Of a DNA stretch of 64,000 nt, positions 27,300 to 40,445 are shown in pieces. The position numbers and the translations under genes are program-made. The stretch lies in the NCBI RefSeq assembly GCF_044647545.1, contig NZ_CP172818.1. One strand, given 5' to 3'. Origin of the DNA: Escherichia coli. GTDB taxonomy: Bacteria > Pseudomonadota > Gammaproteobacteria > Enterobacterales > Enterobacteriaceae. Under the pieces are notes generated by a model. It saw only the letters and a list, made by a program, of their open reading frames with translations. It searched no databases and was not told where the DNA came from. The number at the start of each line of letters is the position of its first letter. The first letter of the stretch is position 1.

Positions 27300-27908
27300 T
27301 TACCACGAAAACAGCGGCCATTCTTTGGCGACTGTGGTGAGTTGTGGCGCATCGAAAACGGCTTGTGGCGAGACCACCGTTTCCTCAAGCGGGATATTTT
27401 TGCCGTAGCGTTCTTTGAGCTTCGTCTGAACCAGCGGGTTACTAAGATCGAACTCTTTCAACTTCTGCTGTTCACCTACGCGCATCCCCAGCGCATTCTG
27501 GTAAACTTTCCACACCACTTCCGAACAGTACTGGCGATCGTCGCTCCATGAGAAGCTGAAATCATACGGTTTGCCGAGATAACGTTTTGCCGTTTGCGCC
27601 AGTTTTTGCTGTTGTTCAACACTCAGTCCGCCTTCAACGCGGCGAACAACGTACTTACCCTTTTCACCATGGGCGATCCACTGCTTGAGCGGGGTGTATT
27701 TCACCGGGCCGACCGCTTCAAAAACGTAGGGCTTTTTGTTGCGTATCACCAGCATACCGGTGTGGCTGTAATCGGAATGGGTCGCCAGTTGGATCGCTTT
27801 ACTTTGCGATGAGCGAGAGATCTGAAAGATGATGTCGCCGGTTTGTGGTTGCCAGGCAAATGCAGGCACAGAAACCAGCAGGCCGGGGATCAGTAGCCTG
27901 ATTTTCAT
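27300..27908 (-). CDS. yiiX: putative peptidoglycan peptidase / lipid-binding hydrolase YiiX
   Basis: 202-aa ORF MKIRLLIPGLLVSVPAFAWQPQTGDIIFQISRSSQSKAIQLATHSDYSHTG... with signal peptide. Confidence 0.9.
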   Translation of the reverse strand: MKIRLLIPGLLVSVPAFAWQPQTGDIIFQISRSSQSKAIQLATHSDYSHTGMLVIRNKKPYVFEAVGPVKYTPLKQWIAHGEKGKYVVRRVEGGLSVEQQQKLAQTAKRYLGKPYDFSFSWSDDRQYCSEVVWKVYQNALGMRVGEQQKLKEFDLSNPLVQTKLKERYGKNIPLEETVVSPQAVFDAPQLTTVAKEWPLFSW

Positions 27909-27926
27909 AGTTAAACGTCCATGTAT

Positions 27927-27957
27927 GAAAAAAGCGGCTGGTTAACTCCGCGCCGCT
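27927..27957 (-). terminator. candidate rho-independent terminator of metJ
   Basis: Reverse strand hairpin agcggc-(13 nt loop)-gccgct followed by T6, just downstream of metJ stop. Confidence 0.5.
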
Positions 27958-27967
27958 CTTTTCCGTT

Positions 27968-28285
27968 TTAGTATTCCCACGTCTCCGGGTTAATCCCCAT
28001 CTCACGCATGATCTCTTTTGCCGCTTCCGGGATTTCGTCGCTGCGCTCTTTACGCAGGTCGGCATCATCCGGCAGAGGTTGCCCGGTAAAGGCATGCAGA
28101 AACGCTTCGCACAGCAGCTCGCTGTTGGTCGCGTGACGCAGGTTGTTCACCTGACGACGCGTGCGTTCATCGGTGAGGATTTTTAACACCTTAAGAGGAA
28201 TGGAAACCGTAATCTTTTTGACTTGTTCACTCTTCTTGCCGTGCTCAGCGTATGGGCTGATATATTCGCCGCTCCATTCAGCCAT
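27968..28285 (-). CDS. metJ: methionine repressor MetJ
   Basis: ORF 27968..28423; start at ATG 28285 ([35 protein letters not shown]...) gives 105 aa. Confidence 0.96.
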
Positions 28286-28473
28286 GAGATACTTAATCCT
28301 CTTCGTCAATAAATTGAGACCAGACCACACAGTTAATGTGGGTACTGACCGTAAACCCGCATAGTTTACCGTACAGGCGTTACCGTGACATCGTGTAATG
28401 CACCTGTCGGCGTGATAATGCATATAATTTTAACGGCTATTTGAGATTTGCTCAATCTATACGCAAAGAAGTT

Positions 28474-28506
28474 TAGATGTCCAGATGTATTGACGTCCAT
28501 TAACAC
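28474..28506. promoter_or_regulatory. tandem MetJ boxes in metJ/metB divergent control region
   Basis: agatgtcc-agatgtat-tgacgtcc-attaacac, tandem 8-bp repeats resembling the met box AGACGTCT. Confidence 0.7.
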
Positions 28507-28561
28507 AATGTTTACTCTGGTGCCTGACATTTCACCGACCAAGCCCAGGGAACTTCATCAC

Positions 28562-29722
28562 ATGACGCGTAAACAGGCCACCATCGCAGTGCGTAGCGGG
28601 TTAAATGACGACGAACAGTATGGTTGCGTTGTCCCTCCCATCCATCTTTCCAGCACCTATAACTTTACCGGATTTAATGAACCGCGCGCGCATGATTACT
28701 CGCGTCGTGGCAACCCAACGCGCGATGTGGTTCAGCGTGCGCTGGCAGAACTGGAAGGCGGTGCCGGTGCCGTACTTACTAATACCGGCATGTCCGCGAT
28801 TCACCTGGTCACTACCGTCTTTTTGAAACCTGGCGATCTGCTGGTTGCGCCACACGACTGCTACGGAGGTAGCTATCGCCTGTTCGACAGCCTGGCGAAA
28901 CGCGGTTGCTATCGCGTGTTGTTTGTTGATCAAGGCGATGAACAAGCATTACGGGCAGCGCTGGCAGAAAAACCCAAACTGGTACTGGTAGAAAGCCCAA
29001 GTAATCCATTGTTACGCGTCGTGGATATTGCGAAAATCTGCCATCTGGCAAGGGAAGTCGGGGCGGTGAGCGTGGTGGATAACACCTTCTTAAGCCCGGC
29101 ATTACAAAATCCGCTGGCATTAGGTGCCGATCTGGTGTTGCATTCATGCACGAAATATCTGAACGGTCACTCAGACGTGGTGGCCGGCGTGGTGATTGCT
29201 AAAGATCCGGACGTTGTCACTGAACTTGCCTGGTGGGCAAACAATATTGGCGTGACGGGCGGCGCGTTTGACAGCTATCTGCTGCTACGTGGTTTGCGAA
29301 CGCTGGTGCCGCGTATGGAGCTGGCCCAGCGCAACGCGCAGGCGATTGTGAAATATCTACAAACCCAGCCGTTGGTGAAAAAACTGTATCACCCGTCGCT
29401 GCCGGAAAATCAGGGGCATGAAATTGCCGCGCGCCAGCAAAAAGGCTTTGGCGCAATGTTGAGTTTTGAACTGGATGGCGATGAGCAGACGCTGCGTCGT
29501 TTCCTGGGTGGGCTGTCGTTGTTTACGCTGGCGGAATCATTAGGGGGGGTGGAAAGTTTAATCTCTCACGCCGCAACCATGACACATGCAGGCATGGCAC
29601 CAGAAGCGCGTGCTGCCGCCGGGATCTCCGAGACGCTGCTGCGTATCTCCACCGGTATTGAAGATGGCGAAGATTTAATTGCCGACCTGGAAAATGGCTT
29701 CCGGGCTGCAAACAAGGGGTAA
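28562..29722 (+). CDS. metB: cystathionine gamma-synthase
   Basis: ORF 28448..29722; start at ATG 28562 (MTRKQATIAVRSGLNDDEQYGCVVPPIHLSSTYNF...) gives 386 aa. Confidence 0.97.
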   Translation: MTRKQATIAVRSGLNDDEQYGCVVPPIHLSSTYNFTGFNEPRAHDYSRRGNPTRDVVQRALAELEGGAGAVLTNTGMSAIHLVTTVFLKPGDLLVAPHDCYGGSYRLFDSLAKRGCYRVLFVDQGDEQALRAALAEKPKLVLVESPSNPLLRVVDIAKICHLAREVGAVSVVDNTFLSPALQNPLALGADLVLHSCTKYLNGHSDVVAGVVIAKDPDVVTELAWWANNIGVTGGAFDSYLLLRGLRTLVPRMELAQRNAQAIVKYLQTQPLVKKLYHPSLPENQGHEIAARQQKGFGAMLSFELDGDEQTLRRFLGGLSLFTLAESLGGVESLISHAATMTHAGMAPEARAAAGISETLLRISTGIEDGEDLIADLENGFRAANKG

Positions 29723-29724
29723 AA

Positions 29725-32157
29725 ATGAGTGTGATTGCGCAGGCAGGGGCGAAAGGTCGTCAACTGCATAAATTTGGTGGCAGTAGTCTGGCTGATGTGA
29801 AGTGTTATTTGCGTGTCGCGGGCATTATGGCGGAGTACTCTCAGCCTGACGATATGATGGTGGTTTCCGCCGCCGGTAGCACCACTAACCAGTTGATTAA
29901 CTGGTTGAAACTAAGCCAGACCGATCGTCTCTCTGCGCATCAGGTTCAACAAACGCTGCGTCGTTATCAGTGCGATCTGATTAGCGGCCTGCTACCCGCT
30001 GAAGAAGCCGATAGCCTCATTAGCGCTTTTGTCAGCGATCTGGAACGCCTGGCGGCGCTGCTCGACAGCGGTATTAACGATGCGGTGTATGCGGAAGTGG
30101 TGGGCCACGGTGAAGTGTGGTCGGCGCGCCTGATGTCTGCGGTACTTAATCAACAAGGGCTGCCAGCGGCCTGGCTTGATGCCCGCGAGTTTTTACGCGC
30201 TGAACGCGCCGCGCAGCCGCAGGTTGATGAAGGGCTTTCTTACCCGTTGCTGCAACAGCTACTGGTACAACATCCGGGCAAACGTCTGGTGGTGACCGGG
30301 TTTATCAGCCGTAACAACGCCGGTGAAACGGTGCTGCTGGGGCGTAACGGTTCCGACTATTCCGCGACACAAATCGGTGCGCTGGCGGGTGTTTCTCGCG
30401 TAACCATCTGGAGCGACGTCGCCGGGGTATATAGCGCCGACCCGCGTAAAGTGAAAGATGCCTGCCTGCTGCCGTTGCTGCGTCTTGATGAAGCCAGTGA
30501 ACTGGCGCGTCTGGCGGCCCCCGTTCTTCACGCCCGTACTTTACAGCCAGTATCCGGTAGTGAAATCGACCTGCAACTGCGCTGTAGCTACACGCCGGAT
30601 CAAGGTTCCACGCGCATTGAACGCGTGCTGGCTTCCGGTACTGGCGCGCGTATTGTCACCAGCCACGATGATGTCTGTTTGATTGAGTTTCAGGTGCCTG
30701 CCAGTCAGGATTTCAAACTGGCGCATAAAGAGATCGACCAAATCCTGAAACGTGCTCAGGTGCGCCCACTGGCGGTTGGCGTACATAACGATCGCCAGTT
30801 GCTGCAATTTTGCTACACCTCGGAAGTGGCCGATAGTGCGCTGAAAATTCTCGACGAAGCGGGATTACCTGGCGAACTGCGCCTGCGTCAGGGGCTGGCG
30901 CTGGTGGCGATGGTTGGGGCGGGCGTAACCCGTAACCCGCTGCATTGCCACCGCTTCTGGCAGCAACTGAAAGGCCAGCCGGTCGAATTTACCTGGCAGT
31001 CCGATGACGGCATCAGCCTGGTGGCAGTACTGCGCACCGGGCCGACCGAAAGCCTGATTCAGGGTCTGCATCAGTCCGTCTTTCGCGCGGAAAAACGCAT
31101 CGGCCTGGTATTGTTCGGCAAGGGCAATATCGGTTCCCGCTGGCTGGAACTGTTCGCCCGTGAGCAGAGCACGCTTTCGGCGCGTACCGGCTTTGAATTT
31201 GTGCTGGCAGGCGTGGTGGACAGCCGCCGCAGCCTGTTGAGCTATGACGGGCTGGACGCCAGCCGCGCGTTAGCCTTCTTCAACGATGAAGCGGTCGAGC
31301 AGGATGAAGAGTCGCTGTTCCTGTGGATGCGCGCCCATCCGTATGATGATTTAGTGGTGCTGGACGTTACCGCCAGCCAGCAGCTTGCTGATCAGTATCT
31401 CGATTTTGCCAGCCACGGTTTCCACGTCATCAGCGCCAACAAACTGGCGGGAGCCAGCGACAGCAATAAATATCGCCAGATCCACGACGCCTTCGAAAAA
31501 ACCGGGCGTCACTGGCTGTACAATGCCACTGTCGGTGCGGGTTTGCCGATCAACCATACCGTGCGCGATCTGATCGACAGCGGCGATACCATTTTGTCGA
31601 TCAGTGGGATCTTCTCTGGCACGCTCTCCTGGCTGTTCCTGCAATTCGACGGTAGCGTGCCGTTTACCGAGCTGGTGGATCAGGCGTGGCAGCAGGGCTT
31701 AACCGAGCCTGATCCGCGTGATGACCTTTCCGGCAAAGACGTGATGCGCAAGCTGGTGATTCTGGCGCGTGAAGCGGGTTACAACATTGAACCGGACCAG
31801 GTGCGTGTTGAATCACTGGTGCCAACCCATTGCGAAGGTGGAAGCATCGACCATTTCTTTGAAAATGGCGATGAACTTAATGAGCAGATGGTACAACGGT
31901 TGGAAGCGGCCCGTGAAATGGGGCTGGTGTTGCGCTACGTGGCGCGTTTCGATGCCAACGGCAAAGCGCGAGTAGGCGTGGAAGCGGTGCGAGAAGACCA
32001 TCCGCTGGCATCACTACTACCGTGCGATAACGTCTTTGCCATCGAAAGCCGCTGGTATCGCGACAACCCGCTGGTGATCCGCGGGCCAGGTGCAGGGCGC
32101 GATGTCACCGCCGGGGCGATTCAGTCGGATATTAACCGTCTGGCGCAGTTGTTGTAA
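29725..32157 (+). CDS. metL: bifunctional aspartokinase II / homoserine dehydrogenase II
   Basis: 810-aa ORF MSVIAQAGAKGRQLHKFGGSSLADVKCYLRVAGIMAEY...; 2-bp spacer after metB. Confidence 0.97.
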   Translation: MSVIAQAGAKGRQLHKFGGSSLADVKCYLRVAGIMAEYSQPDDMMVVSAAGSTTNQLINWLKLSQTDRLSAHQVQQTLRRYQCDLISGLLPAEEADSLISAFVSDLERLAALLDSGINDAVYAEVVGHGEVWSARLMSAVLNQQGLPAAWLDAREFLRAERAAQPQVDEGLSYPLLQQLLVQHPGKRLVVTGFISRNNAGETVLLGRNGSDYSATQIGALAGVSRVTIWSDVAGVYSADPRKVKDACLLPLLRLDEASELARLAAPVLHARTLQPVSGSEIDLQLRCSYTPDQGSTRIERVLASGTGARIVTSHDDVCLIEFQVPASQDFKLAHKEIDQILKRAQVRPLAVGVHNDRQLLQFCYTSEVADSALKILDEAGLPGELRLRQGLALVAMVGAGVTRNPLHCHRFWQQLKGQPVEFTWQSDDGISLVAVLRTGPTESLIQGLHQSVFRAEKRIGLVLFGKGNIGSRWLELFAREQSTLSARTGFEFVLAGVVDSRRSLLSYDGLDASRALAFFNDEAVEQDEESLFLWMRAHPYDDLVVLDVTASQQLADQYLDFASHGFHVISANKLAGASDSNKYRQIHDAFEKTGRHWLYNATVGAGLPINHTVRDLIDSGDTILSISGIFSGTLSWLFLQFDGSVPFTELVDQAWQQGLTEPDPRDDLSGKDVMRKLVILAREAGYNIEPDQVRVESLVPTHCEGGSIDHFFENGDELNEQMVQRLEAAREMGLVLRYVARFDANGKARVGVEAVREDHPLASLLPCDNVFAIESRWYRDNPLVIRGPGAGRDVTAGAIQSDINRLAQLL

Positions 32158-32178
32158 TTTCAGTACTCTAAAATGCCC

Positions 32179-32227
<49 letters not shown>

Positions 32228-32245
32228 GCATGTATTTGAACGGCG

Positions 32246-32274
32246 TTTAAAATGGTTTTAAATGAAACTATAAT
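32246..32274 (+). promoter_or_regulatory. promoter-like element TTTAAA-N17-TATAAT facing the T-depleted tract
   Basis: Perfect -10 hexamer TATAAT at 32269..32274 with TTTAAA 17 bp upstream; no evidence of use. Confidence 0.3.
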
Positions 32275-32377
32275 GCGGTAACGATAGGTATTGAAACGCG
32301 TGATGAAATTAAATGCTACAACGTTATACGACGAACTCAAAGGCAAGGTGATTTGACTTCCTGATCACGAAGTGTTC

Positions 32378-32925
32378 CGGCCCGGCAGCCAAAAGGGGGG
32401 AAAAAGCGGCGCGGAAAAAAAAAAAGCGGGAGGGGAAAGGGGGGATAACCGGGGAGCAAAGGCGGCGAAAGCGAAAAACAAAACGCAAACCCACAAACGG
32501 AGGGGGGCGAAAGGAGAACAAAAAGAAAAGGCGAAAGAAAAAAACGCAAAACCAACGCGACGAGGAAGGCCCAACCGGCAAAAAAAAAAGCAACGACGGA
32601 AAAAAAAGTGAGAAGTGGCAACAAACGGCGCGCAACGCGAAAAAACGTCAGGAACGCCCCAGGAAGGGGTGAGCGGGGCGGGGGGGAAAAACCACCACGC
32701 AACAGCGCGGGAGCCGGGGGGGAGAGGCGCCACACAAACGAAGAAGAAGGGAAAAAAAAAAGGAGGGGGGAGAAAGGAAAAGGGAAAAAAGAACGACACA
32801 ACGGGGGCGGGGAAACAAGAACCAAAGAGCGCCAAAACAGGAAGGACACAAGGAAAGCGCGTAAACAAGGGCGGATACAAACAAACGGAAACCACAGAGA
32901 ACAGACAAGGAGGAAAAAAAAACCA
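32378..32925 (+). repeat. T-depleted low-complexity tract (A/G/C only, about half A)
   Basis: Only 7 T in about 548 nt by direct count; many G3-G7 and A5-A10 runs; all six frames open because stop codons cannot occur. Confidence 0.9.
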
Positions 32926-33229
32926 ATAAAGTACGTGTTGAGTTGATTTTCATTTGTTTGTTACCCAGTTGATTTTGCATATCCAGTATTCGGCCTACGC
33001 GAGGGCGCAGGCCGAATCAGATGTCTTACAACAACAATCCGGTGCGACACGTTGTTTTTCGAAGAAGCCCAGGGTCCGTGTTCAGAATAACAGCAAAAAG
33101 GGGGAGGGGATGCGGCACAAAAAAAATCTTTTATCGCCTCTAATTAAGATGAAGTTTTTTCAACTTCCCTGATTTTTCCTCACCATCATTGGTCATTTTT
33201 CGGTTGACGCCCCTCGGCTTTTCCTTCAT

Positions 33230-33270
33230 CTTTACATCTGGACGTCTAAATGGATAGATGTTCACAACAC
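33230..33270 (+). promoter_or_regulatory. metF promoter with MetJ boxes
   Basis: acatctggacgtctaaatggatagatgttcac contains tandem met-box-like octamers including gGACGTCT; putative -35 ttgacg at 33205..33210. Confidence 0.65.
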
Positions 33271-33301
33271 AACATATAACTACAAGCGATTGATGAGGTA
33301 A

Positions 33302-34195
<894 letters not shown>

Positions 34196-34469
34196 ATAGT
34201 GTGGCTTTTGTGAAAATCACACAGTGATCACAAATTTTAAACAGAGCACAAAATGCTGCCTCGAAATGAGGGCGGGAAAATAAGGTTGTCAGCCTTGTTT
34301 TCTCCCTCATTACTTGACGGATATGAAGCTAAAACCCTTTTTTATAAAGCATTTGTCCGAATTCGGACATAATCAAAAAAGCTTAATTACGATCAATTTG
34401 ATCTACATCTCTTTAACCAACAATATGTAAGATCTCAACTATCGCATCCGTGGATTAATTCAATTATAA

Positions 34470-36704
<2,235 letters not shown>

Positions 36705-36712
36705 TCTGACCT

Positions 36713-36754
36713 TCTTCAGCGACTGCCTTTCAGGCAGTCGCTGAAGTTTCTTTA
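36713..36754 (+). terminator. rho-independent terminator of katG
   Basis: Long perfect hairpin cttcagcgactgcc-tttc-aggcagtcgctgaag followed by tttcttt. Confidence 0.85.
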
Positions 36755-36797
36755 CCGGCGTATAGTGTCCACAGGAAAACTACACACTGGATCTCTC

Positions 36798-37703
36798 ATG
36801 TCTGCCGCAGGAAAGAGCAACCCACTGGCAATCAGTGGCCTGGTTGTGCTCACACTTATCTGGAGTTATAGCTGGATTTTCATGAAGCAAGTCACCAGCT
36901 ACATCGGTGCCTTCGACTTTACCGCCTTACGCTGCATTTTCGGCGCTCTCGTTTTATTCATCGTCCTTTTATTACGTGGTCGCGGAATGCGCCCGACACC
37001 GTTTAAATACACCTTAGCCATTGCCCTGTTACAAACCTGCGGGATGGTCGGCCTGGCGCAGTGGGCGCTGGTCAGCGGAGGAGCGGGGAAGGTGGCAATC
37101 CTGAGCTATACCATGCCGTTCTGGGTGGTGATTTTCGCCGCGTTGTTTCTCGGTGAACGCCTGCGACGTGGGCAATATTTCGCGATTCTGATTGCCGCTT
37201 TCGGCTTATTTTTGGTGTTGCAGCCGTGGCAACTCGATTTCTCTTCGATGAAAAGCGCCATGCTGGCAATCCTCTCCGGTGTGAGTTGGGGGGCGAGCGC
37301 GATTGTTGCTAAACGTCTGTATGCCCGCCATCCGCGCGTGGATTTATTGTCGCTAACATCCTGGCAGATGCTGTATGCGGCGCTGGTGATGAGCGTGGTC
37401 GCTTTACTGGTGCCGCAACGTGAAATTGACTGGCAACCCACCGTGTTCTGGGCGCTGGCCTACAGTGCGATTCTGGCGACAGCGCTGGCGTGGAGCTTAT
37501 GGTTGTTTGTATTGAAAAACTTGCCTGCCAGTATTGCCAGCTTAAGCACACTGGCCGTTCCCGTTTGCGGCGTACTCTTTTCCTGGTGGCTGCTCGGTGA
37601 GAATCCGGGGGCCGTTGAAGGTAGCGGTATTGTGCTGATTGTGCTGGCACTGGCGCTGGTGAGCCGTAAGAAAAAAGAAGCTGTCAGTGTAAAAAACATC
37701 TGA
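36798..37703 (+). CDS. yijE: EamA/DMT-family inner-membrane transporter YijE (reported cystine exporter)
   Basis: ORF 36765..37703; start at ATG 36798 ([30 protein letters not shown]...) gives 301 aa. Confidence 0.9.
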   Translation: MSAAGKSNPLAISGLVVLTLIWSYSWIFMKQVTSYIGAFDFTALRCIFGALVLFIVLLLRGRGMRPTPFKYTLAIALLQTCGMVGLAQWALVSGGAGKVAILSYTMPFWVVIFAALFLGERLRRGQYFAILIAAFGLFLVLQPWQLDFSSMKSAMLAILSGVSWGASAIVAKRLYARHPRVDLLSLTSWQMLYAALVMSVVALLVPQREIDWQPTVFWALAYSAILATALAWSLWLFVLKNLPASIASLSTLAVPVCGVLFSWWLLGENPGAVEGSGIVLIVLALALVSRKKKEAVSVKNI

Positions 37704-37729
37704 ATTTTTTCTTCATGTGGGGCGATCGC

Positions 37730-38347
37730 TTATTTAACAAAATACCGATAGTGCCCCACCATCCGCCAGCTAAACAGCACGTCTTCTTCCTGCGCGCCTG
37801 CGCCAATGTTATGTATCACCAGCGGCGTACCGTCGCGGGCGAAGCCATCTGACACCACCCCAATATGTGCCAGCCCGTTATCTAATCGCCAGGAGACAAT
37901 ATCGCCCGATTGATAGTCACTGGGGTTCTTGCTGGTGGGGCGTGTTTTATCGTGGCGGGTAAACCAGGTTTCCAGATTAGGCACCCGACGGTGATCGATG
38001 TTGCTGTCCGGGCGCTTTAACTGCCATTTTTGCGGGTACGCAGCAAAATTCTTCGCCATATCTTCGTGCACCAGTTTCTGCAAATCGACCTTCTGGCTGC
38101 GCAATGCACGGATCACCACATCGGAACATACGCCGCGTTCTTGCGGGACATCACCGCCAGGATAGGTAAGCTGCACATACGCCGGATCGTAAAATAGCGT
38201 GCTGCCGATTTGCTGTCTGGCACCGTCTGCGATGGCAAGGTTGGTGTTGGCCTGGATCTGTACCACGGTTGGTGGAACGGCGGGAGATTTTAAGGAGTGG
38301 CTGGTAAATGCCGTTAGCAGGCTGACCAGCACCAGTGAAGCTTTCAT
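37730..38347 (-). CDS. yijF: DUF1287-family secreted protein YijF
   Basis: 205-aa ORF MKASLVLVSLLTAFTSHSLKSPAVPPTVVQIQ... with signal peptide. Confidence 0.9.
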   Translation of the reverse strand: MKASLVLVSLLTAFTSHSLKSPAVPPTVVQIQANTNLAIADGARQQIGSTLFYDPAYVQLTYPGGDVPQERGVCSDVVIRALRSQKVDLQKLVHEDMAKNFAAYPQKWQLKRPDSNIDHRRVPNLETWFTRHDKTRPTSKNPSDYQSGDIVSWRLDNGLAHIGVVSDGFARDGTPLVIHNIGAGAQEEDVLFSWRMVGHYRYFVK

Positions 38348-38490
38348 CTGGTTCGTCCGTGAAAATAAGAGTCACAGATTCGACCTTCCGGGCTAACGAT
38401 TGTTCTGTAGAGAAAATGTCCAGAAGCGGATAAAAAATTCCTGAACAACGTGGGAGTTTCAGACATAACTATAAAAATCTCAACACCCCT

Positions 38491-38565
38491 TTGGGAGAGA
38501 GTCAGGGTGAGGAGGAACAGGCCAGCTCCGGGGCGAATAATCACCCTCACCCCGACCCTCTCCCT
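38491..38565. repeat. imperfect inverted repeat in yijF-gldA spacer
   Basis: gggagagagtcagggtgagg at 38491..38510 pairs with ccctcaccccgaccctctccc at 38545..38565 across a ~34-nt loop; family not identified. Confidence 0.5.
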
Positions 38566-38657
38566 GAAAGGGCGAGGGGGAAAAACATGCCCGCAGTGAC
38601 GAGTGAGCCACTTTGCCTGATCTCAAACTCCCGGACAAGCCGGGAGTTTGGAGTAGG

Positions 38658-39761
38658 TTATTCCCATTCTTGCAGGAAACGCTGGCCATACTGGTCGGCT
38701 ACCAGCAGTGCGGCGTAAACCTGATCTGGCGTTGCACCGCCTGGCATGTTGTGAATGGTTTCACCTTCTGCACATGCCGCTTCTGCCACAATTCGCATTT
38801 TCGCCGGGACATCTTCTTTAATATCCAGTTGAGCGAGCGTTATTGGCAAACCTACCGCATGGCTAAGCGCAGCTACGGTTTCGATTTCCTCCACCGGCGC
38901 GTTTTCCAGAACCAGCTGCGTCAGCGTACCGAATGCCACTTTTTCACCATGATAATAGTGATGCGCGTCCGGGATAGCGGTCAGGCCGTTATGTACCGCG
39001 TGTGCCGCCGCCAGCCCGCCGCTTTCAAAACCAACACCGCTCAAATAGGTGTTCGCTTCAATCACGCGTTCCAGCGCCGGAGTCACTACATGCTGTTCGG
39101 CGGCAAGCATCGCTTTTTCGCCTTCTTCCAGCAGAGTGTTGTAGCACAGTTCTGCCAGTGCCAGCGCCGCCTGGGTGCACTTGCCGCCCGCCATGGTGGT
39201 CGCGCCGCTACGAGAGCAAGCACGCGCTTCAAACCAGGTTGCCAGCGCATCGCCGATACCCGCCGCTAACAGACGTGCAGGTGCGCCAGCGACGATTTTG
39301 GTGTCGACAATGACCATATTCGGGTTATTTGGCAACAGCAGATAGCGGTCAAACTCACCCTCATCGGTGTAGATAACAGACAATGCGCTGCATGGTGCAT
39401 CGGTAGAGGCGATAGTCGGTGCGATCGCTACCGGAACACCCATGAAATGTGCCAGTGCTTTGGCAGTATCGAGGGTTTTTCCGCCACCGATACCGAGAAT
39501 TGCGCCACACTGCGCAGTCTCCGCGATGCCACGCAGACGGTCGATCTCATTTTGCGAACATTCACCGCCAAACGGCGCAATTTCTACTACCAGTCCAGCA
39601 TCTTTAAAACTTTTCTCGACAGTGGATTGAGCAAAACCTAAAACAAATTTGTCACCCACCACTAACCAGCGTTCTGCCAGCGGCTTCAGGTATTCGCCCA
39701 GACGATTAATCACATCAGCGCCCTGGATGTATTTACCCGGTGATTGAATAATGCGGTCCAT
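38658..39761 (-). CDS. gldA: glycerol dehydrogenase
   Basis: ORF 38658..39800; start at ATG 39761 ([32 protein letters not shown]...) gives 367 aa. Confidence 0.96.
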
Positions 39762-39771
39762 AATTGCTCCT

Positions 39772-40434
39772 TTAGAGATGAGTAGTGCCAAATGCGGCAT
39801 TCCAGTCGTTTTCGAACTTCTCTATAGCTGACTCTACCGCAGGGGTGTTGAGCATTTGTTGCGCTACATCTAAGGGCAGGGTGATGGATTCACATCCTGC
39901 CAGTAAACAGTCCAGCGCCTGACGCGGCGTTTTAAAGCTGGCTGCCAGCACCATGCTTTCTGGCGCGTGCATTTCCAACAGCGCTTGCAGCTCCTGAACC
40001 GTACGAATGCCGTCCCCGCCCTGGGCGTCGACGCGGTTAACATACGGAGCAACATATTTTGCCCCTGCCAGCGCGGCTAATAACCCTTGTGCGGCGCTAT
40101 ATACAGCGGTGCCAAGTGTAGTAATACCCTCTTTTTTCAGCATTTTAATGGCGGCAAGACCTTCGGAAGTTACCGGGATTTTCACCACAATGCCCGGAAT
40201 GGCGTCGCGCAGGCGCTTCGCTTCTTCCACCATACCCTGCGCGTCACGACTCATGGTCTGAGCAAACAAAATACCCTCATCACCAATCGCTTTTTGCAAA
40301 CGCGGCAGCACTTCCCAGATGGACTCCTTGCTGGCCGCGATAATGCTCGGGTTAGTTGTCACCCCGGCAATCGGGAATATGCGTGCCAGACGTTCGACTT
40401 CTGCGACGTTAGCGGTGTCCAGATACAGTTCCAT
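39772..40434 (-). CDS. fsaB: fructose-6-phosphate aldolase 2
   Basis: 220-aa [45 protein letters not shown]... Confidence 0.95.
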
Positions 40435-40445
40435 GATGTTTCCTT

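Noticed and set aside
32324-32980. Seven overlapping ORFs (74-176 aa) in all six frames across the T-depleted tract, with K/R/G/E-rich or F/P/L/S-rich translations
   Set aside because: A strand lacking T (and its complement lacking A) cannot contain stop codons, so open frames are automatic; the translations are low-complexity with no domain-like features and overlap each other completely.
33046-33130. A/G-rich stretch (aaaaagggggaggggatgcggcacaaaaaaaatc) upstream of the metF promoter, resembling the T-depleted tract
   Set aside because: Short, and it sits in what is probably the native metF upstream region; I cannot tell from memory whether it is native, so it is not called as part of the insertion.
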